Of a stretch of 64,000 nucleotides of DNA, positions 25,908 to 36,529 are shown one piece after another (the stretch's first letter is position 1; every line of letters starts with the position of its first letter). Under the pieces are notes generated by a model, which worked only from the letters and a program-made list of their open reading frames with translations, searched no databases and was not told where the DNA came from. A program made the position numbers and the translations under genes. The stretch is from Eledone cirrhosa (taxonomy: Eukaryota). Where the stretch lies: positions 221,216,001 to 221,280,000 of the forward strand of contig OZ024742.1 in NCBI GenBank assembly GCA_964016885.1. The letters are read 5' to 3'.

Positions 25908-26632
25908 CGCTCGATTTTGCTGGCAAATAATTATCTTTCCTTGTTTTTTCTGAACCTCTTAGATGCTCGAAATCGACTCTTTTCCGGATTAGGGTTAGTT
26001 AGGGTTTCTGTTTTACGCGGAGGAAGGGGGTGGGACAATTACGAGCATCTAAGAGGTCAGATTAGTTGATAGCAAAAAAAAAATAAAGAGGTGATACAAT
26101 TATTTCCGACCAAACGTGAGAGGTGTGTACATCTGCGAAACTCCGACGGTCTTTTCATCCCCTTTTCACTCCCATTTGTCTACAGATCTGGTTACCGATT
26201 GGTTTGGAGGTCATATTCGTCGATAACAAGCAATAAAAAAAAAAAAAAAAAGAGAGAAAACTCCGAGGAAGTGGGAGGAGCACCAATCCTCCGAGCATCT
26301 TAGAAGTTAGATTAGTTGATAGCACACGATTAAAAACAACAACAAACGAGGAAAAAATGTTTTTTGCCACTGAGATCCAGGGAGTGTTTTATAAATTTAC
26401 AATAATATTAACCAGGGTAATGTTATAGGTTGTCTATAGGAAGGTAATGACATTTCTACAATTATAAAAATGCGAAAAACCAAAACACGCACGCACGGAC
26501 CCACACATAGATACATACAATTACATTTAATCAACATAATGACAGTTATGAGAAAGTTATGAGGAAATAGAAACGAAAAATAGATATTTAAAGACGAAAC
26601 TATATTTACGTGTCATTAATATAATGTACAAA

Positions 26633-26820
26633 GGGCGGTGGATTGGCAGTATCGGTAGAGGGTCGGACGCCATGCTTTCCAGCATAGTTACGTCCCTTTA
26701 CGATCTGAGTTCAAATCCCGCCGAGGTTGACTTTGCCTTTCATCCTTACGGGGTCGATAAAATAAAGTACCAGTAATGCACTGGTGAATTGCTGGCCTTG
26801 TGCCTAAAGTAGAGACAATT
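26633..26820 (+). mobile_element. tRNA-derived SINE (tandem pair at ~34205-34600 in the second type B spacer)
   Basis: TTGGCAGTATCGG A box, GAGTTCAAATCC B box, core GCCTTTCATCCTTACGGGGTCGATAAAATAAAGTACCAG, tail GGCCTTGTGCCTAAAGTAGA. Confidence 0.85.
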
Positions 26821-26912
26821 AATATAACGTACATGTATATATATATTGTTATATTTTAGATATATGTTGTTATAATATTGCAATATATATGTTATTTTCT
26901 ACATCAATATTT

Positions 26913-27004
26913 GTGTGCGGGCTTAGCCGTGTGGTTACTTCGATACATAATACTGAAATTATTTCTCCAATCTGCGACCATTGGCGCCATTCCGCGCACT
27001 TTTT
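26913..27004 (+). ncRNA. Putative vault RNA gene, subtype B
   Basis: GTGTGCGGG pairs with TCCGCGCAC (9 bp, 2 G-U), immediately followed by T5. Inner stem GCCG(T)GTGGTT/GACCATTGGC. GGTTACTTCG motif present. TATATAT at about -30. Confidence 0.72.
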
Positions 27005-27062
27005 GGCCTTGTTTTACATAGTGACTTTAAAGATTTAACCTTTTTTGTTTGTTTGTATCCCT

Positions 27063-27242
27063 AGGCGGATTCTGTTTTGTGTGTGTGTCTGTGTGTGATG
27101 CAAGCCGCCCATCCGTCGTCCGAGTTGGTTAGTTATGTTTGACGCGTAGCAGGCGGATTCTGTTTCGTGTGTGTGTCTGTGTGTGATGCAAGCCGCCCAT
27201 CCGTCGTCCGAGTTGGTTAGTTATGCTTGACGCGTAGCAGGC
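27063..27242. repeat. Two tandem copies of an 88-bp GC/CpG-rich unit unique to this spacer copy
   Basis: AGGCGGATTC starts at 27063 and 27151, with a partial third start at 27239. Absent from the other spacer copies. Confidence 0.95.
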
Positions 27243-27513
27243 CGCCAGCTGATGGAGACTCATTACATAGTGACTTTTCTCTATGGCTCATTAACCTACG
27301 TATCAACAAGTCCTGCACATCTAATCGAATTATTTCCCTATTACAAATGTTATGCGTCATTTGAAAAAAAATTATCTTCTCTCAATATACTTGTTCTTAT
27401 GAAAAAGAAAAGAAAAGAAAAGTCCTTTTGAATACAATTTGAAATCATTTGTGATACTATAACATAATATAACATTTATACAGTATATATAGTTAATTTG
27501 TTAATATGTGTTT

Positions 27514-27615
27514 GGTGTGGGAGCTTAGCCGTGTGGTTACTTCGTTTATACTTAAGAACTATCCAAATGTTTTCAAAGCTAACGACTACTGGCGCTGTCT
27601 CGTACATTCAGTTTT
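27514..27615 (+). ncRNA. Putative vault RNA gene, subtype A1 (T4 terminator)
   Basis: Same blocks as 22772. Ends CATTCAGTTTT. Confidence 0.62.
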
Positions 27616-28881
27616 GTCCCTTAAGCAAATTTATCACCACCATCGTCACAAATTATTTTATTTTCAACAACTCACCACTTCAATATTTTCTGTGTATCGA
27701 TAAGGCGTCAGATAACGATTTGCGGTATAGTTATCTCCCTTTACGTTTTGATTTCAAATCCAGTCTAGGTTAAGCTTTACCTTTCATCCTTACAGAGTCG
27801 ATAAAATGAAGTATCGGTAACTCACTGGCGTCGATTTAATCGATTTCCCCACAAAAATGTTGGTCTTGTACCTAAATCAGAAACCATTATTATTTTAAAA
27901 TGAGTTCAAATCAGCCAAGATCAGCTTTGCTTTTCATCCTTCTGGGACCAATTAAGTAAAGTACAAGTTATGAACTGGTTTGACATTATCGAACTTCCCC
28001 TTCAAATTACAGGCCTTGTGTCTAAACTAGAAGGGGCGCAGCCCAAACACTGCCCTGCCCTATGCCCAGAGCCTATTACCCTCTCCTTCTTCTGTGGCCA
28101 AAAGTCTTTGCTTTTTTCCTTCTTTTCCTCTTAACTATGGCATTTATAGTCCTTTCCTCTACTTTCCCATACAACTAGATCTGCCCTTTTTTTTACCCCT
28201 TCCCTTTTTTCTCATTACTTTTGTTTTTATCTTTCCTTTTCATATTTCCATCATTGTATAACTTATTTTTTATTTGTATATAAATATTTGTGTATTATTG
28301 GTGCTCTATACAGAATATATTAATCTCTAATCCCAAAATTATATGTTAGCATATAAAAAGAATGTTCTAGTTTATTTCTATAGTGACTTGATTTTTGCAA
28401 TTCTACTGTTTGTTTGTGTGTGTCTGTATGTGGTAATGGTGTTCTGCTCTTGATTGTAAGATCATGAGTTCAATTCCCTGTGATATGTGTCCTTGTACAA
28501 GATACTTTATTTCACGCTGCTCCACCTGGCAAAATCAAGTTGTACTTGTCATTCAAAGGGCCCCATCACACTGAATCTCCCTGAGAGCTATGTTAACAGC
28601 ACACGTGTTAATGGATTACTCAGCTACTTGCATGTTAATTTCATCTGCAGGCTGTTCCGTTGGTCGAACAGTTGAAGCACCCATCGTCGGAACCGACAGA
28701 GGCCCAACAGCAGCAATAGTGCATGTGTGTGTGTGTGTGTGTAATGCCTGGCTCTTTATTGATTTGTTACTTTTGTAAACCATAAACATATAATTTGATA
28801 CACACCATATGCTTGTTGCTTGAACATGACAAAACGAAGGGAGCCATCAATATTATAAAAATAGTCATTAGGTTCATAGCC

Positions 28882-31800
28882 AGTATTAGGTTCATCTTAT
28901 TGTGGCACCAGTAATATCACTTTACAGAGAATTGGGTGCATCTTATTGTGGCACCAGTAATATCACTTTACAGAGAATTGGGTGCATCTTATTGTGGCAC
29001 CAGTAATATCACTTTACAGAGTATTGGGTGCATCTTATTGTGGCGCCAGTAATATCACTTAACGAGACTATTGGGTGCATCTTATTGTGGCACCAGTAAT
29101 ATCACTTTACAAAGTATTGGGTGGATCTTATTGTAGCACCAGTAATATCACTTTACAAGACTATTGGGAGCATCTTATTGTGGCACCAGTAATATCACTT
29201 TACAAAATATTGGGTGCATCTTATTGTGGCACCAGTAATATCACTTTACGGGACTATTGGGAGCATCTTATTGTGGCACCAGTAATATCACTTTACGGGA
29301 CTATTGGGTGAATCTTATTGTGGCACCCATAATATCACTTTACAGAGTATTGGGTGCATCTTATTGTGGCACCAGTCATATCACTTTACAGAGTATTGGG
29401 TGCATCTTATTGTGGCATCAGTAATATCACTTTACAGAGTATTGGGTGCATCTTATTGTGGCACCAGTAATATCACTTTACAGAGTATTGAGTGCATCTT
29501 ATTGTGACGCCAGCAATATCACTTTACGAGACTATTGGGAGCATCTTATTGTAGCACCAGTAATATCACTTTATAGCATATTGGGAGCATCTTATTGTGG
29601 CACCAGTAATATCACTTTACAGAGGATTGGGTGCATCTTATTGTGGCACCAGTAATATCACTTTACAGAGTATTGGGTGCATCTTACTGTGGCACCAGTA
29701 ATATCACTTTACGAGAGTATTGGGTGCATCTTATTGTGGCAGCAGTAATATCACTTTACAGAGTATTGGGTGCATCTTATTGTGGGACCAGTAATATCAC
29801 TTTACGGGACTATTGGGTGCATCTTATTGTGGCATCAGTAATATCACTTTACAGAGTATTGGGTGCATCTTACTGTGGCACCAGTAATATCACTTTACGA
29901 GAGTATTGGGTGCATCTTTATGTGGCACCAGTAATATCACTTTACAGCATATTGGGAGCATCTTATTGTGGCACCAGTAATATCACTTTACGAGACTATT
30001 GGGAGCATCTTATTGTGGCACCAGTATTATCACTTTACAGCGTATTGGGAGCATCTTATTGTGGCACCAGTAATATCACTTTACGAGAGTATTGGGTGCA
30101 TCTTATTGTGGCACCCATAATATCACTTAACGAGACTATCGGGTGCATCCTATTGTGGCACCAGTAATATCACTTTACGGGACTATTGGGTGCATCCTAT
30201 TGTGGCACCAGTAATATCACTTTACAGAGTATTGGGTGCATCTTATTGTGGCACCAGTAATATCACTTTACGAGAGTATTGGGTGCATCTTATTGTGACA
30301 CCAACAATATCACTTTACAGAGTATTGGGTGCATCTTATTGTGGCACCAGTAATATCACTTTACAGAGTATTGGGTGCATCTTATTGTGGCACCAGTAAT
30401 ATCACTTTACAAAGTATTGGCTGCATCTTACTGTGGCATCAGTAATATCACTTTACAGAGTATTGGGTGCATCTGATTGTGGCATCAGTAATATCACTTT
30501 ACAGAGTATTGGGTGCATCTTATTGTGGCACCAGTAATAACACTTAACGAGTCTATCAGGTACATCTTATTGTGGCACCAGTAATATCACTTTACAGAGT
30601 ATTGGGAGCATCTTATTGTGGCACCAGTAATATCACTTTACAAAGTATTGGGTGCATCTTATTGTGGCACCAGTAATATCACTTAACGAGACTATCGGGT
30701 GCATCTCATTGTGGGACCAGTAATATCACTTTACAAAGTATTGGGCGCATCTTATTGTGACGCCAGCAATAGCACTTTATGAGACTATTGGGAGCATCTT
30801 ATTATAGCACCAGTAATATCACTTTACAGCGTATTGGGAGCATTTTATTGTGGCACCAGTAATATCACTTTACAGAGTATTGGGTGCATCTTATTGTGGC
30901 ACCAGTAATATCACTTAACGAGACTATCGGGTGCATCTCATTGTGGGACCAGTAATATCACTTTACAAAGTATTGGGCGCATCTTATTGTGGCACCCATA
31001 ATATCACTTTACAGAGTAATGGGTGCATCTTATTGTGTCACCAGTAATATCACTTTACAGAGTATTGGGAGCATCTTATTGTGGCATCAGTAATATCACT
31101 TTACAGAGTATTGGGTGCATCTTATTGTGGCACCCATAATATCACTTTACAGAGTATTGGGTGCATCTTATTGTGGCACCAGTAATATCACTTTACAGAG
31201 TATTGGGTGCATCTTATTGTGGCACCAGTAATATCACTCAACAGAGTATTGAGTGCATCTTTTTGTAGCACCAGTAATATCACTTTACAGCATATTGGGA
31301 GCATCTTATTGTGGCACCAGTAATATCACTTTACGAGACTATTGGGAGCATCTTATTGTGGCACCAGTAATATCACTTTACAGCGTATTGGGAGCATCTT
31401 ATTGTGGCACCAGTAATATCACTTTACGAGAGTATTGGGTGCATCTTATTGTGGCATCAGTAATATCACTTTACAGAGTATTGGGTGCATCTTATTGTGG
31501 CACCAGTAATATCACTTTACAGAGTATTGGGTGCCTCTTATTGTGGCACCAGTAATATCACTTAACGAGACTATCGGGTGCATCCTATTGTGGGACCAGT
31601 AATATCACTTTACAAAGTATTGGGTGCATCCTATTGTGGCACCAGTAATATCACTTTATAGAGTATTGGGTGCATCTCATTGTGGGACCAGTAATATCAC
31701 TTTACAAAGTATTGGGCGCATCTTATTGTGACGCCAGCAATAGCACTTTACGAGACTATTGGGAGCATCTTATTGTAGCACCAGTAATATCACTTTACAG

Positions 31801-33488
31801 CGTATTGGGAGCATTTTATTGTGGCACCAGTAATATCACTTTACAGAGTATTGGGTGCATCTTATTGTGGCACCAGTAACATCACTTTACAGATTATTGG
31901 GTGCATCTTATTGTGGCACCAGTAATATCACTTTACGGGACTATTGGGTGCATCTTATTGTGGCACCCATAATATCACTTTACAGAGTATTGGGTGCATC
32001 TTATTGTGTCACCAGTAATATCACTTTACAGAGTATTGGGAGCATCTTATTGTGGCATCAGTAATATCACTTTACATAGTATTGGGTGCATCTTATTGTG
32101 GCACCCATAATATCACTTTACAGAGTATTGGGTGCATCTTATTGTGGCACCAGTAATATCACTTTACAGAGTATTGGGTGCATCTTATTGTGGCACCAGT
32201 AATATCACTCAACAGAGTATTGAGTGCATCTTTTTGTGGCACCAGTAATATCACTTTACAGCATATTGGGAGCATCTTATTATGGCACCAGTAATATCAC
32301 TTTACGAGACTATTGGGAGCATCTTATTGTGGCACCAGTAATATCACTTTACAGCGTATTGGGAGCATCTTATTGTGGCACCAGTAATATCACTTTACGA
32401 GAGTATTGGGTGCATCTTATTGTGGCACCCATAATATCACTTTACAGAGTATTGGGTGCATCTTATTGTGGCATCAGTAATATCACTTTACAGAGTATTG
32501 GGTGCATCTTATTGTGGCACCAGTAATATCACTTTACAGAGTATTGGGTGCATCTTATTGTGGCACCAGTAATATCACTTAACGAGACTATCGGGTGCAT
32601 CCTATTGTGGCACCAGTAATATCTCTTTACAAAGTATTGGGTGCATCCTATTGTGGCACCAGTAATATCACTTTACAGAGTATTGGGTGCATCTTATTGT
32701 GGCACCAGTAATATCACTTTACGGGACTATTGGGTGCATCTTATTGTGGCACCAGTAATATCACTTTACGAGAGTATTGGGTGCATCTTATTGTGGCACC
32801 AGCAATATCACTTTACGAGAGTATTGGGTGCATCTTATTGTGGCACCAGTAATATTACTTTACAGAGTATTGGGTGCATCTTATTGTGGCACCCATAATA
32901 TCACTTTACAGAGTATTGGGTGCATCTTATTGTGGTACCAGCAATATCACTTTACAAGAGTATTTGGTGCATCTTATTGTGGCACCCATAATATCACTTT
33001 ACAGAGTATTGGGTGCACCTTATTGTGGCACCAGTAATATCACTTTACAAGAGTATTGGGTGCATCTTATTGTGGCACCAGTAATATCACTTTACGAGAG
33101 TATTGGGTGCATCTTATTGTGGCACCCATAATATCACTTTACGAGAGTATTGGGTGCATCTTATTGTGGCACCCATAATATCACTTTACAGAGTATTGGG
33201 TGCATCTTATTGTGGCACCAGTAATATCACTTTACGAGAGTATTGGGTGCATCTTATTGTGGCACCCATAATATCACTTTACAAGAGTATTGGGAGCATC
33301 TTATTGTGGCACCAGCAATATCACTTTACAGAGTATTGGGTGCATCTTATTGTGGCACCAGTAATATCACTTTACAAGAGTATTGGGTGCATCTTATTGT
33401 GGCACCAGTAATATCACTTATCGAGTCTATCAGGTGCATCTTATTGTGGCACCAGTAATATCACTTTACAAGAGTATTGGGTGCATCT
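28882..33488. repeat. Satellite array 6 (~100 monomers)
   Basis: Same monomer, with diagnostic variants ACGGGACTATT, CAGCGTATT and TTAACGAGACTATCGGG. Confidence 0.98.
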
Positions 33489-34697
33489 CGCTCGATTTTG
33501 CTGGCAAATAATTATCTTTCCTTGTTTTTTCTGAACCTCTTAGATGCTCGAAATCGACTCTTTTCCGGATTAGGGTTAGTTAGGGTTTCTGTTTTACGCG
33601 GAGGAAGGGGGTGGGGCAATTACGAGCATCTAAGAGGTCAGATTAGTTGATAGCAAAAAAAAAATAAAGAGGTGATACAATTATTTCCGACCAAACGTGA
33701 GAGGTGTGTACATCTGCGAAACTCCGACGGTCTTTTCACCCCCTTTTCACTCCCATTTGTCTACAGATCTGGTTACCTATTGGTTTGGAGGTCATATTCG
33801 TCGATAACAAGCAATAAAAAAAAAAAAAAAAAGAGAGAAAACTCCGAGGAAGTGGGAGGAGCACCAATCCTCCGAGCATCTTGGAAGTTAGATTAGTTGA
33901 TAGCACACGATTAAAAACAACAACAAACGAGGAAAAAATGTTTTTTGCCACTGAGATCCAGGCAGTGTTTTACAATAATATTAACCAGAGTAATGTTATA
34001 GGTTGTCTATAGGAAGGTAATGACATTTCTACAATTATAAAAATGCGAAAAACCAAAACACGCACGCACGGACCCACACATAGATACATACAATTACATT
34101 TAATCAACATAATGACAGTTATGAGAAAGTTATGAGGAAATAGAAACGAAAAATAGATATTTAAAGACGAAACTATATTTACGTGTCATTAATATAATGT
34201 ACAAAGGGCGATGGATTGGCAGTATCGGTAGAGGGTCGGACGCCATGCTTTGACGCATAGAGTTACGGTCTTTGCCATTCTGAGTTCAAATCCCGCCGAG
34301 GTTAACTTTGCCTTTCATCCTTACGGGGTCGATAAAATAAAGTACCAGTAATGCACTGGATAATTGCTGGCCTTGTGCCAAAAAGTAGAAACAATTAATA
34401 TAATGTACAAAGGGCGGTGGATTGGCAGTATCGGTAGAGGGTCGGACGCCATGCTTTCCAGCATAGTTACGTCCCTTTACGATCTGAGTTCAAATCCCGC
34501 CGAGGTTGACTTTGCCTTTCATCCTTACGGGGTCGATAAAATAAAGTACCAGTAATGCACTGGTGAATTGCTGGCCTTGTGCCTAAAGTAGAGACAATTA
34601 ATATAACGTACATGTATATATATATATATATTGTTATATTTTAGATATATGTTGTTATAATATTGCAATATATATGTTATTTTCTACATCAATATTT

Positions 34698-34789
34698 GTG
34701 TGCGGGCTTAGCCGTGTGGTTACTTCGATACATAATACTGAAATTATTTCTCCAATCTGCGACCATTGGCGCCATTCCGCGCACTTTTT
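34698..34789 (+). ncRNA. Putative vault RNA gene, subtype B
   Basis: Identical by eye to 26913-27004. Confidence 0.72.
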
Positions 34790-35161
34790 GGCCTTGTTTT
34801 ACATAGTGACTTTAAAGATTTAACCTTTTTTGTTTGTTTGTATCCCTACATAACATCTAGCTATATTTGAGAGAAATTTGTTTACTATATCGCCAGCTGA
34901 TGGAGACTCATTACATAGTGACTTTTCTCTATGGCTCATTAACCTACGTATCAACAAGTCCTGCACATCTAATCGAATTATTTCCCTATTACAAATGTTA
35001 TGCGTCATTTGAAAAAAAATTATCTTCTCTCAATATACTTGTTCTTATGAAAAAGAAAAGAAAAGAAAAGTCCTTTTGAATACAACTTGAAATCATTTGT
35101 GATACTATAACATAATATAACATTTATACAGTATATATAGTTAATTTGTTAATATGTGTTT

Positions 35162-35263
35162 GGTGTGGGAGCTTAGCCGTGTGGTTACTTCGTTTATACT
35201 TAAGAACTATCCAAATGTTTTCAAAGCTAACGACTACTGGCGCTGTCTCGTACATTCAGTTTT
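35162..35263 (+). ncRNA. Putative vault RNA gene, subtype A1 (T4 terminator)
   Basis: Identical by eye to 27514-27615. Confidence 0.62.
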
Positions 35264-36529
35264 GTCCCTTAAGCAAATTTATCACCACCATCGTCACAAA
35301 TTATTTTATTTTCAACAACTCACCACTTCAATATTTTCTGTGTATCGATAAGGCGTCAGATAACGATTTGCGGTATAGTTATCTCCCTTTACGTTTTGAT
35401 TTCAAATCCAGTCTAGGTTAAGCTTTACCTTTCATCCTTACAGAGTCGATAAAATGAAGTATCGGTAACTCACTGGCGTCGATTTAATCGATTTCCCCAC
35501 AAAAATGTTGGTCTTGTACCTAAATCAGAAACCATTATTATTTTAAAATGAGTTCAAATCAGCCAAGATCAGCTTTGCTTTTCATCCTTCTGGGACCAAT
35601 TAAGTAAAGTACAAGTTATGAACTGGTTTGACATTATCGAACTTCCCCTTCAAATTACAGGCCTTGTGTCTAAACTAGAAGGGGCGCAGCCCAAACACTG
35701 CCCTGCCCTATGCCCAGAGCCTATTACCCTCTCCTTCTTCTGTGGCCAAAAGTCTTTGCTTTTTTCCTTCTTTTCCTCTTAACTATGGCATTTATAGTCC
35801 TTTCCTCTACTTTCCCATACAACTAGATCTGCCCTTTTTTTTACCCCTTCCCTTTTTTCTCATTACTTTTGTTTTTATCTTTCCTTTTCATATTTCCATC
35901 ATTGTATAACTTATTTTTTATTTGTATATAAATATTTGTGTATTATTGGTGCTCTATACAGAATATATTAATCTCTAATCCCAAAATTATATGTTAGCAT
36001 ATAAAAAGAATGTTCTAGTTTATTTCTATAGTGACTTGATTTTTGCAATTCTACTGTTTGTTTGTGTGTGTCTGTATGTGGTAATGGTGTTCTGCTCTTG
36101 ATTGTAAGATCATGAGTTCAATTCCCTGTGATATGTGTCCTTGTACAAGATACTTTATTTCACGCTGCTCCACCTGGCAAAATCAAGTTGTACTTGTCAT
36201 TCAAAGGGCCCCATCACACTGAATCTCCCTGAGAGCTATGTTAACAGCACACGTGTTAATGGATTACTCAGCTACTTGCATGTTAATTTCATCTGCAGGC
36301 TGTTCCGTTGGTCGAACAGTTGAAGCACCCATCGTCGGAACCGACAGAGGCCCAACAGCAGCAATAGTGCATGTGTGTGTGTGTGTGTGTAATGCCTGGC
36401 TCTTTATTGATTTGTTACTTTTGTAAACCATAAACATATAATTTGATACACACCATATGCTTGTTGCTTGAACATGACAAAATGAAGGGAGCCATCAATA
36501 TTATAAAAATAGTCATTAGGTTCATAGCC

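Larger units (their letters stand above)
25908..28881. repeat. Spacer type B (second copy 33489-36529), with ~1.1-1.3 kb extra near the start and a truncated end
   Basis: Starts CGCTCGATTTTGCTGGC and recurs at a 7581-7648-bp offset. Shares 27028-28869 with type A spacers. Confidence 0.95.

Noticed and set aside
25988-26006. Interstitial telomere
   Set aside because: Only two TTAGGG units, embedded in an inverted-repeat element.
26913-27004. tRNA gene or SINE head as the explanation for the A-box-containing units
   Set aside because: There is no cloverleaf, anticodon arm or TTCGA T-loop at the expected place. The units end in a closing stem plus T-run instead of a SINE body. A SINE origin is not formally excluded without a genome-wide search.
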